Positions 18,886 through 27,814 of a stretch of DNA of 64,000 nucleotides are shown in pieces (the stretch's first letter is position 1; every line of letters begins with the position of its first letter). The position numbers and the translations under genes are program-made. Source of the DNA: Candidatus Magasanikiibacteriota bacterium (lineage in GTDB: Bacteria; Patescibacteriota; Patescibacteriia; Magasanikbacterales; GWA2-37-8); assembly GCA_016189025.1 (NCBI GenBank), contig JACPGS010000007.1, forward strand, positions 1,162-65,161, in the 5' to 3' direction. A model generated the notes under the pieces. That model was given only the letters and a program-made list of their open reading frames with translations. It was not told where the DNA came from and ran no database searches.

Positions 18886-20118
18886 CTACCACCAACGCCC
18901 CAGGCGTTCGCTGACAGTGCCAAAATTCAACAGCACATCAGCGGCGGTGAGCGCCAAAAGAGAAACGGCAACGCCCACCGCCGGCGCGCGGCGCCACCAA
19001 CCCGGGGTTTCGCGCGCCCAGACTACCAATAGTCCGGCACCCAAAGCCAACCATGGATAAAGCGGAAAGCGATAACGCGACTGCACAACGGTAAACAATA
19101 ACGGCAAGGGGGCAGTAAGAGCCAAAGCCAGCAGATATTTCAGGAGCGGCTGGGGTGATTGGCGCCAAAATAGTGCCAGCCCGGCACCGCCGCTTAAGAA
19201 TAAAATGGCGATGCTTAACGTCGAAAAGGCAACAAAAATAAGCTGACTTAAACCGTACTGATAAAACCAAAATCCCATCGGCCGGATCAAACTCCCGTAG
19301 CGAATTAGTCGCAGGGCAGTAAGTTTAAGGAAAACTAAAGGATGAGCGGTCAAAAACGACCAAAACTCGCGGCTGGCTTCGGCCGAGAGTCCGCCATAGC
19401 CATACTGCTCGCCGTAAACACGCACCGGATTTAGTCCACCGGAGAGTTGCCCGCCGTCCGCCGCCAAAGTATTGCCGATCCATAGATTAAAAGCGCCGAT
19501 CAGAGTAGTGGGGATAAACTCATGAAACACCAGGTAATTGCGCACGGTCCAGGGGACCAGGGGAATAATCAGGCCAAGAAAAAACGGAATCAACGCCCGA
19601 TAACGGCGGGTGGCAATAAACGCTGCTAAAAATACCGGTACGAACAGCACTACCGTAGGGCGGGTGAGAATCGCCAGGGCGCTGACGACGCCAAGGACAA
19701 GAGCTGAACTAAGCCGCGCCTGACTCCGCCACCACTCTACAAAAAGATACACTACCAGCACGGCCAAGAAAAGAAACAGCGTTTCGGTTAAAAGCATTGC
19801 CGAGATTTCAATTAAATCTGGATGCAGCCCAAACAGAGCGGCGGTGATAATCCCCACCAGTTTCCCCCGCTCGCCCCACACGCGCCGCGCGATTAGATAT
19901 AAGAGGAGAGCGGAAAACGCGTGCAGCAGGGATTGGACTACCCAAACCGGCTGGTAGCGATGGCCAAACAGAGCATAAACTGCAGCCAGCCAAAATTCAT
20001 ACCCCGGCCCGGCGCGGGTAATCGCTAAATCGCGGGTAAACCCCTGGCTGCGATCTTCCCGAAAGCCATCACCGCTGACCAGATTCCAGGCAATAGAATC
20101 ATAAGCTTTGGCGTCCAC
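18886..20118 (-). CDS. GT-C fold membrane glycosyltransferase (ArnT/PMT-like, GT39/83); the N-terminal TM helix is encoded upstream, beyond an in-frame TGA
   Basis: Begins (GTG) DAKAYDSIAWNLVSGDGF, which matches the ArnT DE..Y...SGD motif. The same frame at 20230..20149 encodes MFQSWRRLINNNRLLAIIIAASFLLSLGYSF, then TGA. Confidence 0.55.
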   Translation of the reverse strand: MDAKAYDSIAWNLVSGDGFREDRSQGFTRDLAITRAGPGYEFWLAAVYALFGHRYQPVWVVQSLLHAFSALLLYLIARRVWGERGKLVGIITAALFGLHPDLIEISAMLLTETLFLFLAVLVVYLFVEWWRSQARLSSALVLGVVSALAILTRPTVVLFVPVFLAAFIATRRYRALIPFFLGLIIPLVPWTVRNYLVFHEFIPTTLIGAFNLWIGNTLAADGGQLSGGLNPVRVYGEQYGYGGLSAEASREFWSFLTAHPLVFLKLTALRLIRYGSLIRPMGFWFYQYGLSQLIFVAFSTLSIAILFLSGGAGLALFWRQSPQPLLKYLLALALTAPLPLLFTVVQSRYRFPLYPWLALGAGLLVVWARETPGWWRRAPAVGVAVSLLALTAADVLLNFGTVSERLGRWW

Positions 20119-20234
20119 CGCCGGCGGAATGCGGAATCAAAATGAGTAGCCAAGCGATAACAAAAAAGACGCGGCAATAATTATTGCCAGCAGCCGATTA
20201 TTGTTAATTAAACGCCGCCAAGACTGAAACATAG

Positions 20235-20422
20235 TAGATTGCAGCAGAATAGGAACAACTAATTAGCATCAGGGCGCGGCAGACGAGTATCTTTGGGCGC
20301 GCAGCCCCGCGTAAGCGGGGGGAGCACCCAAAGAGTGTCTGCCGCGACCAACCAGGCAATCCTAGCAATAGCGATAGCGACTAGGCGGATAACGATATAG
20401 TTGGTATCCTTCTCCAGTTTCA
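20235..20422 (+). mobile_element. MITE-like repeat, family 1, copy D (forward; degenerate TIRs)
   Basis: TAGATTGCAGCAGAAT ... core with loop GCCCCGCGTAAGCGGGGGG ... TAGCAATAGCGATAGCGACTAGGCGG ... ATCCTTCTCCAGTTTC. Confidence 0.8.
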
Positions 20423-21415
20423 TTAAATCGCACGTAATGCTTTAACCCACTGCTCTTGATTATTGATCGGCAAAATTTGTACTGATTCCCCGGGCAGCAC
20501 CTCATAATTCGCCACGCCCACGTCATTCATAATCACGCGAGTACCCGCGGCCATCGCCTCCATTACGGCTAGACCATAACCTTCACTTAAACTGGGGAGC
20601 AGCAGGGCGTCAACTGTTTTAAGATAGCTCCACGGGTCAGCGGTCCACCCTTCCAGCTTGACATTATTCTCCAGCCGCAATTTTTTAATCAAACGGCGTA
20701 TCCGCGCTTCCGCGCGCCCGGCCCCGGCCAAAAGCAACAGCGCCCGCGGCCGCTCGCGTACCACGGCGGCGAATGTTTTAACCAGCCAAGGCACGTTCTT
20801 TACCGGATCTAAGCGCCCTAGCCACAAAAAAATAGGGCCAAACCCGGGATATTTTTCGCGCGCGGAAAATCGCGGTGCCCAAGCGCGAATCGCTGCCGTA
20901 TCCACCGCAATCGGCTGCACCGTAATTTTATCTGCCGCCACTCCCAAGGAGAGTACGCCGCGCTTTACCCGCTCCCCCACTGCCCGCACCCAAGTAGCGC
21001 GGCGCAAGACGAACTTGCCCAAGTGCCAGCGCAACTGCTCCCCTAGGCTGCCGTGGCGATAATAAGCCGACAGATAAAAATCGCCATGCGCCTGCACCGT
21101 AAGCGCGGCGCCGGTTTCGTATTTCAAAAACCAACCTATCAGCCCGGTTCCAAACGGATCCTGGGCGGTAATCGCGGGAATCTGCCGCTCCTGAATCAGC
21201 CGCTTGCCGCTGGCAAGAAGCCGAAAAAATTGCTGCGGTTTGTTGCCGCCGGTGGATTGCACGTGCACCGTGGGGCTTAAATCCAAGGCCGCCCGCTCCG
21301 GCGCGGGAATAATAATAAATAATTCATCCGTCTCTCCATATTGCCGCATCCGCCCGGCGGCGCGCGAGTGCGGATCCAAAATAGAGCGATCCAGGCTAAT
21401 CATTAGTTGACGCAT
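20423..21415 (-). CDS. GT4 glycosyltransferase
   Basis: FLWLGRLDPVKN, LLLAGAG and LLLPSLSEGYGLAVMEAMAAGTRVI are typical of GT4. Confidence 0.7.
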   Translation of the reverse strand: MRQLMISLDRSILDPHSRAAGRMRQYGETDELFIIIPAPERAALDLSPTVHVQSTGGNKPQQFFRLLASGKRLIQERQIPAITAQDPFGTGLIGWFLKYETGAALTVQAHGDFYLSAYYRHGSLGEQLRWHLGKFVLRRATWVRAVGERVKRGVLSLGVAADKITVQPIAVDTAAIRAWAPRFSAREKYPGFGPIFLWLGRLDPVKNVPWLVKTFAAVVRERPRALLLLAGAGRAEARIRRLIKKLRLENNVKLEGWTADPWSYLKTVDALLLPSLSEGYGLAVMEAMAAGTRVIMNDVGVANYEVLPGESVQILPINNQEQWVKALRAI

Positions 21416-21482
21416 AGTTTATCCACACAAATACACTTGACAAATTTCTGCTTTCATTTATAATAATAATATTCCTACGAAA

Positions 21483-21527
21483 AAAACCCTTATGCGGTTC
21501 TGTCCGCATCGGGGGTTTTTTCTTTTT
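21483..21527 (-). terminator. bidirectional rho-independent terminator hairpin ATGCGG-N6-CCGCAT flanked by A7 / T6
   Basis: aaaaaaacccttatgcggttctgtccgcatcgggggttttttc. It overlaps the 3' end of the NYN gene. Confidence 0.55.
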
Positions 21528-22017
21528 GGGCCTGTAATACGGTTTTTTGATCGTTAATATAAGCAATGGCTACCCCTGTTCTTTTAAGCAAAATTGAGCA
21601 TCGCCGTGTTTCATAGGGCGAAAGTATAACCTGAATTTTTTGTTTTTCCCCTAAGAAAGCGACCAGGCTGGCATAATCGCCGTCGCTGGAAACCAAAATT
21701 GCCTTATTAAAGGTATTTTCATAGGCATCCCTCATTACTCGCACTACAAGATCCGCGTCGCAATTGCCTTTTATCTTGCCGTTGTCGTCGTAGGTTACTT
21801 CTTTAAAAACTAGGGTAAACCCTATTTCTTGCAGATAGGTATACAAATTTTTATATTTCGGAACCAACCCCAAAAATAAATAGGCCTGTTCTACCCTATA
21901 TTTTTCGCGAAGCCAAATGCGTAATCTGCCGTAGTCTAGCTGCCAACCCAGTTGCTTGGCGCCGTTGTGCAAATTCGCGCCGTCAATGTAGGCAAAATTT
22001 CTATCGGTTAATTTCAT
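21490..22017 (-). CDS. NYN/LabA-like (PIN-fold) domain protein
   Basis: AYIDGANLH, GNCDADLVVRVMRD and LVSSDGDYASLV are NYN-domain acidic motifs. It sits in a block with lower GC. Confidence 0.6.
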   Translation of the reverse strand: MKLTDRNFAYIDGANLHNGAKQLGWQLDYGRLRIWLREKYRVEQAYLFLGLVPKYKNLYTYLQEIGFTLVFKEVTYDDNGKIKGNCDADLVVRVMRDAYENTFNKAILVSSDGDYASLVAFLGEKQKIQVILSPYETRRCSILLKRTGVAIAYINDQKTVLQAQKEKTPDADRTA

Positions 22018-22039
22018 AATTAAAATCAAGCTGGCGTCA

Positions 22040-23224
22040 TCAACTGGCGCAAACCTGCTGCAGGGCCTGCCTAGTCAGGGCAATCATGTTATCACCTGAT
22101 AAACCCTTATTGGGTAATAATTGCTGTCTATTTTTAATAATTATCTCTCTTGTTTTGTTATCAGTAGTAAGCTTTAGTATTCCTGAAATCATTACCTCTT
22201 TTTCGTCCGGCTTAAAAAGCAAGCCGTCAGGGAATTGATAGCGACGTTGTAACAGTTCAACATGCGCGACAATGTTGCTCGCAAACACCGGACAACCCAC
22301 TAACCACGATTCTAATATCACATGCGGTAAACCTTCATAACGACTATTAAGAACCAGCAGACCGGATTTGGCCATTTCGCGCAACGCTTGATCATGCGAC
22401 AAAGGGCCGAGCATCTGTACGGCGGATTCTAATTGTAACTGTTGAATTAAAGATTGAATCCGTCCACGTTCTGGTCCATCTCCAATAATGACCAACTGAT
22501 AACTACTGTCCCGACGAAGTAGTTCTGGCATTATTTCTACCATGGTCATTACTCCTTTCCACGGCATGAGCCGACCAATAATAATTATCCTCTTTAGATT
22601 TTTTGGCGAGGAGGCTAATTCAGTTAGAAGTTCGGTCGGTAAAAATACCTCATTATATATAACCCGCACTCGCTCCGGATTAACCCCCCACCCGATCACC
22701 AATTCTTCCAGATATTCACTTGGTACAATGACCAAACTAGCATGTTTAGTGACCGCTATTTCTTTATTCCGTAAAGATCCAATTTTACCACGATACTGAC
22801 GTTTTTGGAAGTCGTCAATCCCCTCTTTTACTAGCCCCAGCACCTGCCCCTGCTCCCAGGCATAATCGCCCACCACCTTCACTGCCAGCTTTTTCTTTCT
22901 CGGACGTAGCAGGCAAGCCAACCGCGCTGGCCAGCCAGCGTTAACAGGCCCCATTGCATACACAATATCTGTCCGCCAAATGAGTACCCACAAGAGCAAA
23001 AAGTATTCACCATAGCGAAACAGCATATTTTTAAAATGAACCCGATATAGTTTAACTTTCGGATCAAGCACGCCCTTATCTGATTGCTTATTCAAGGATA
23101 CAATTTTTACCTTTATTCCTTGCTTTACCAATTCATTCGCCAGCGTAACGCAGTACGTCGCCGGCCCACCGGATTCGGGCGGAAAAATATCAGCGGCAAT
23201 AAGTAACCTCATATAATAGATCAA
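22040..23224 (-). CDS. GT4 glycosyltransferase
   Basis: IIIGRLMPWKG, LVIIGDGPE and LVLNSRYEGLPHVILESWLVGCPVFASN. Confidence 0.7.
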   Translation of the reverse strand: MIYYMRLLIAADIFPPESGGPATYCVTLANELVKQGIKVKIVSLNKQSDKGVLDPKVKLYRVHFKNMLFRYGEYFLLLWVLIWRTDIVYAMGPVNAGWPARLACLLRPRKKKLAVKVVGDYAWEQGQVLGLVKEGIDDFQKRQYRGKIGSLRNKEIAVTKHASLVIVPSEYLEELVIGWGVNPERVRVIYNEVFLPTELLTELASSPKNLKRIIIIGRLMPWKGVMTMVEIMPELLRRDSSYQLVIIGDGPERGRIQSLIQQLQLESAVQMLGPLSHDQALREMAKSGLLVLNSRYEGLPHVILESWLVGCPVFASNIVAHVELLQRRYQFPDGLLFKPDEKEVMISGILKLTTDNKTREIIIKNRQQLLPNKGLSGDNMIALTRQALQQVCAS

Positions 23225-23922
23225 TCATCTATGCTCTTCCAAAATAGCTTGTCCAGCACCACTCCGGTGTTAGCATCAATATATAACTCTTCGCCGTTAG
23301 CCTCATCGCGAGAATCCGATAAGATATTGGAAACCCCCCAGATATAAGTATTATATCGAACATGCCAATTAAACCACGCCTCCCGCCCTTTAATTCCCCC
23401 GCTCAATCCAGCGGCTTCGGCAATGGCGAGCGCCTGCTGTTTGTCAATGGGAAATTTGCACTCTCTAGGTTCCCTCACACAATCCGGCAAACCAAATACG
23501 TCGCGTTCAACAATCAATTGTCCGCTACTATCGAGCGCAAATTCAATAAGCTGATCTTTGACAAAAGGTCGGTCGGGAATAGTAAAAGAATAAACCATTA
23601 AATAATAGGGCTTTTGTAAAAACTGCAAACAAAAAGAGGGATTTTTGATACAGTGTTCATTCGCCGGATAAAGCCTGCTTTTCTGCGTACTAAAAGTGAC
23701 GTACTGGCGAAAAAATTTTTCATCAATTTTGGAAATAATAAAACGATCGGCTTTCGCTATAATAGCTGCCGGCATTGGTTCATGCTTCTCTTCGCGGAAG
23801 CTCCTAGTACTGAATAATGGTGGGCGTAAAATATCGTACCAATACAAACCGAATACGAACCCAATAACCAAAACAATAAATAGTACCACTGCCCTTAACA
23901 ATAACTTAATGCGCAGAGTCAT
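23221..23922 (-). CDS. hypothetical membrane-anchored protein
   Basis: 233 aa with a single N-terminal TM (LLLRAVVLFIVLVIGFVFGLYW). No recognisable family. Low-GC context. Confidence 0.35.
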   Translation of the reverse strand: MTLRIKLLLRAVVLFIVLVIGFVFGLYWYDILRPPLFSTRSFREEKHEPMPAAIIAKADRFIISKIDEKFFRQYVTFSTQKSRLYPANEHCIKNPSFCLQFLQKPYYLMVYSFTIPDRPFVKDQLIEFALDSSGQLIVERDVFGLPDCVREPRECKFPIDKQQALAIAEAAGLSGGIKGREAWFNWHVRYNTYIWGVSNILSDSRDEANGEELYIDANTGVVLDKLFWKSIDD

Positions 23923-25115
23923 AATTGGGAAAAAATTACTTGCATATCTCTGGCGATGCCTTGCCAGATATACTTCTCGGCGATGAGCTTTCGACTATTC
24001 TCCCGCAACCGCTCGGCTAATAATTTATCGTCGAAAATCTTTTTAATCTTCTCCGCAATGTCTTTAGGGTCGCCGACTTGGCAGAATAAACCGGTCTCTC
24101 CGTCTTGCAAAAAATCCGGAATACCGCCGACTGGCGTCGCCACCACCGGCAGACCAGCGGCCATTGCTTCCAAAAAAGCGCTGCCCAGGCCCTCGGAACG
24201 GCTGGGCCGACAGAATACATCGCTGTCCCACAAATACTTAGGCAATTCATCGTGCGATAAACTTCCTAAAAAATGCACTCGCTCGGCTAAATGCAATTGC
24301 TTGGCCAAACTCTTCAATTTGCCTTCTAGGGGACCGCTGCCAGCGATCAATAAATGAACGGATGGCGGTAAAAACTGCATGGCTTTTATGAGATCGGCTA
24401 CCCCATTCTTTTTTACCAAACGCGAGGCGGTAATTACTAAAGAAACATCATTCCGAGCAAAGGGAGCGCTAGCGACCGTAGTCGAGGAATCTCTTAATTT
24501 AGCGAGAAGGATTCCTCCACTCCCCCGACTTAGTCGGGGTCGGTCGGAATGACAGTTGAACCGCTCAATATCTACACCGTTGGGAACCACCTCCACCGGA
24601 CATTTCGCGCCGAGTTGGCGCGCCCAGGCCGCCAAATAATTGCTAATCGCCTGAATCCGATCGGCCCGCTGAAAAATTTGTTTGAAATACGGCCAGCACC
24701 ACCAGACATGTTTATAAATCTGCCACCGACTATCGCCCTCTTGCAGGGTCAGCAAAAAGGGAACGGCCGGATTTCTTTTTTTATAACGCAAAGCAGCGAA
24801 TCCCCCGTAGCTTGCCATAATCGCCCACACCAAATCAAACCGGCCTAACTTCCTGGCTTCCTGCCAACCAACTTTAACGAGCCGGTACTTATCCCAGTGA
24901 TTGTCCTCTCCGATGCGGTGCACCTCAATATTTCCGATACGTTCAATCTCCGGCAATTTTGCATCTAACCGCGCGGTGAGCATCACAAACTCAAACTCGC
25001 CGCCGAGTCGATCGGTAATTTCTTTTACGGCAAACTCGGCGCCGCCCACCAGTGGCAAATAGGCAGTGGAAAAAATCAGAACCCTTTTAGCGGGCAAAGG
25101 CGACATAGTTACCAC
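23919..25115 (-). CDS. GT4 glycosyltransferase carrying an in-frame family-2 repeat insertion
   Basis: Has PLVGGAEFAV and LLIAGSGPLEGKLKSLAK...FCRPSRSEGLGSAFLEAMAAGLPVVATPVGG. The extra segment HSDRPRLSRGSGGILLAKLRDSSTTVASAP is encoded by the repeat at 24485..24560. Confidence 0.7.
   Translation of the reverse strand: MVTMSPLPAKRVLIFSTAYLPLVGGAEFAVKEITDRLGGEFEFVMLTARLDAKLPEIERIGNIEVHRIGEDNHWDKYRLVKVGWQEARKLGRFDLVWAIMASYGGFAALRYKKRNPAVPFLLTLQEGDSRWQIYKHVWWCWPYFKQIFQRADRIQAISNYLAAWARQLGAKCPVEVVPNGVDIERFNCHSDRPRLSRGSGGILLAKLRDSSTTVASAPFARNDVSLVITASRLVKKNGVADLIKAMQFLPPSVHLLIAGSGPLEGKLKSLAKQLHLAERVHFLGSLSHDELPKYLWDSDVFCRPSRSEGLGSAFLEAMAAGLPVVATPVGGIPDFLQDGETGLFCQVGDPKDIAEKIKKIFDDKLLAERLRENSRKLIAEKYIWQGIARDMQVIFSQL
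24485..24560 (-). repeat. family-2 palindromic repeat (core CCCCGACTAAGTCGGGG) inserted in-frame in a GT4 CDS
   Basis: Its reverse complement, ...CCGACCGACCCCGACTAAGTCGGGGGAG..., matches the intergenic copies at 40678..40785 and 56508..56571. Confidence 0.65.
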
Positions 25116-26800
25116 GCGACCGCGCCGGAAGAATCGGCCGTAACGCGATAAACCTTAAACGCCACCTGGCCGTCGGAGCGGCTGATTAACGCCGGCTGAA
25201 AACCAGCGGCCACCAGACGCTGTTCGGTCTGGTCCGCGGCAGGAGTGCGAAATTTTGGCAAATCCAGCGGCGCGTACTCGGTGGCTTTAATAAAATAAAA
25301 CGCTTCCAGATTAAGCTGCGACAATAACTCTGCTTCATTCAAAGAAAACGCCGGGAAATTATTATAAAATCGCCGGCGCTCAAACAGCCAGACGCGCGAG
25401 AACCAGTTAATGTTCCCGTCAAACAAAATAACACGGCTATGGGCAGCGCGCTCCTGCCGCTCGGCGGCGCTGGCTACCAATAAATAACGCCGGAGACTGT
25501 TCTTTTTGATTTTTAAGCTCTGTTGGGGATCAAAATAGGTTAAACTTCGGTCCATCACAGCAATCTGATCTAAATACCGATCCAACTGCGCTACTCCAAA
25601 GTTAATTGGCTGCTCCGATTCTCGCCACCAACCCGGGGCGCCAAACCCTTTGGGCAATAAGTTAGAATTGGCTACAAATACCATCAAATAGACCGACAAA
25701 ATTGCTACTCCTCCTAACCACCAAGAGCGGCGCCACTTCTTTTGGCAATACTGCCGCCCTAAATCAATTAAAAACACTGCAACTACCGGCGCTAAAAATA
25801 TGCCGTATAAATTGCGTGCGCCAATCAAAGTGTCTTCAATCACCAGCCAAACCACTGCTAAACCGGTCAGCAGCAATCCCGGCCGGCGCCGCGCCAGCGT
25901 AAAACTAGCGGCCAATAAAACCAATAAGGCATAGGGAAACGACAAACCATAAATTGCCGCCCGGCCGTTTACCAATATACCCTCCCACCACTCGGGGGCA
26001 ATACCCCCCAGTTTCCAAGGGCTGGACTGCCCCAACAGACGCACCAACTGTAAGCTGAAATGGCCGGTCGCCTGATACATCATCAAATTGTAAATTATTA
26101 CTGGCGCCAACAACAGCAGCGCTAACCCTGCCGCATAATAAAGCTGGCGCCGACGAAAAAGCTCGCGCCGTCTTAACGCTAAATAAACAAAAAAGGCGGG
26201 AATAATAAAAAGAGCGGTAAACTTAGTTTCCAACATTAATCCGACCGCCAGGCCTAATTTCCACCATTCCCGCGCCGGATTATCCAAAAAACGTAAGAAA
26301 TAATACCAGGCCAGAGAGATAAAAAATAACACACCGGCCTCTAAAAAAGTGGTTCTCCCCTGCCAGATAAAATGGGAATTGAGGGCCAACAATAAAGCGG
26401 CGAGGAGCGCGGTGGGGCGATCAAAACAGCGCTTGACCCAGGCATAAGTAAGGACAATCGTCCCCAGTGACATTAACCCAAAGGGTAATTTGGCGAGCCA
26501 CAAGCTAGGGTGCCAGCGCAAAAAAGCATGCTGAATTAAAAACAAAAGCAGCGGGTGATCGTGCCAGGATAAATTAGCCCACCAGGGGAAGCGACTAAAC
26601 CACTGCAGCGGCGTGGACTGCGACTCGTCGTCGCCGAACATGTGATCAACTAATCCGATAGAGCGCGTGCTGTAAATGGCGTCGTCGCCGATCATATCTA
26701 CGGTCGTAATCCGGAATAACAAAAAAAACGCGGCTAGCGCCAAAATGAGGAGCAACCGCTTGTCGTACCGTTCGATCATTCTGGTTAGGGGGCTAATCAC
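25109..26800 (-). CDS. GT-C fold membrane glycosyltransferase (PMT/ArnT-like, GT39/83)
   Basis: 563 aa and multi-TM. The first loop has GDDAIYSTRSIG (D-D/E motif). Confidence 0.55.
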   Translation of the reverse strand: MISPLTRMIERYDKRLLLILALAAFFLLFRITTVDMIGDDAIYSTRSIGLVDHMFGDDESQSTPLQWFSRFPWWANLSWHDHPLLLFLIQHAFLRWHPSLWLAKLPFGLMSLGTIVLTYAWVKRCFDRPTALLAALLLALNSHFIWQGRTTFLEAGVLFFISLAWYYFLRFLDNPAREWWKLGLAVGLMLETKFTALFIIPAFFVYLALRRRELFRRRQLYYAAGLALLLLAPVIIYNLMMYQATGHFSLQLVRLLGQSSPWKLGGIAPEWWEGILVNGRAAIYGLSFPYALLVLLAASFTLARRRPGLLLTGLAVVWLVIEDTLIGARNLYGIFLAPVVAVFLIDLGRQYCQKKWRRSWWLGGVAILSVYLMVFVANSNLLPKGFGAPGWWRESEQPINFGVAQLDRYLDQIAVMDRSLTYFDPQQSLKIKKNSLRRYLLVASAAERQERAAHSRVILFDGNINWFSRVWLFERRRFYNNFPAFSLNEAELLSQLNLEAFYFIKATEYAPLDLPKFRTPAADQTEQRLVAAGFQPALISRSDGQVAFKVYRVTADSSGAVAW

Positions 26801-26811
26801 AGACTAAAAAA

Positions 26812-27753
26812 TCACTTACCTAAACGTTGACGGAAGTCGGCAATGGTTTTCTGCAAACCCTTCTCTAACCCGACGGTCGGCTGCCAACCGAGCAGGGTTT
26901 TTGCTTTAGTGATGTCGGGGCAGCGGCGGCGGGGGTCGTCCTGGGGTAAGGGCAAGTAAGTAATAATACTAGAGGAACCAGTGAGAGCAATAATTTTTTG
27001 GGCGAGTTCGGTAACGGTTTTCTCTTCCGGGTTACCTACATTAATCGGGCCGGTAATCTCCGGCGGGGAATTCATCATTTTAATTAGTCCCGCCACCATA
27101 TCTTCCACATAACAAAAACTCCGCGTTTGCGAACCGCTGCCGTAAATAGTAATCGGCTTGTCCTGTAAGCCCTGGAAAATAAAATTAGAAATCACCCGGC
27201 CATCATTAAAGGCCATCCGCGGGCCATAAGTATTGAAAATCCGCACGATCTTTATTCCGGTGCCGTGCGTCCGATGATAATCAAAACAAATGCTTTCGGC
27301 ATAACGCTTGCCCTCGTCATAACACGCGCGCGGGCCAAAAGGATTAACATTGCCGTGATATTCCTCGGTTTGCGGATGCACTTCCGGATCGCCATACACT
27401 TCGGAGGTAGAGGCCTGCAAAAAGCGCGCCTGATGCCGGCGGGCGATTCCCAACATATTCATTACCCCGATGGTACTAGTCTTGATAGTATGAACCGGAT
27501 TAAGTTGATAATGAGGGGGAGAGGCGGGACAAGCCAGGTTATAAATCTGGTCTACGGATTTATCAAGATAGAGCGGTTCTACAATATCGTGCTTAATAAA
27601 AATAAACTTCGGGTTGGCCATTAACGAAACGATATTTTGTTCAGCGCCGGTAAACAAATTGTCAACGCAAACAACTTCATCGCCGTGGACGATGAGCTGA
27701 TCGCAAAGATGAGACCCGATAAATCCGGCGCCGCCGGTTACTAAAATCCGCAT
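26812..27753 (-). CDS. uxs: UDP-glucuronate decarboxylase (UDP-xylose synthase)
   Basis: [45 protein letters not shown]. Confidence 0.85.
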   Translation of the reverse strand: MRILVTGGAGFIGSHLCDQLIVHGDEVVCVDNLFTGAEQNIVSLMANPKFIFIKHDIVEPLYLDKSVDQIYNLACPASPPHYQLNPVHTIKTSTIGVMNMLGIARRHQARFLQASTSEVYGDPEVHPQTEEYHGNVNPFGPRACYDEGKRYAESICFDYHRTHGTGIKIVRIFNTYGPRMAFNDGRVISNFIFQGLQDKPITIYGSGSQTRSFCYVEDMVAGLIKMMNSPPEITGPINVGNPEEKTVTELAQKIIALTGSSSIITYLPLPQDDPRRRCPDITKAKTLLGWQPTVGLEKGLQKTIADFRQRLGK

Positions 27754-27814
27754 AGTTGCTTAAAAACAATAGCTATAGTATGCTATACCAAGCCAAAAAT
27801 GTCAACGCCAGATT

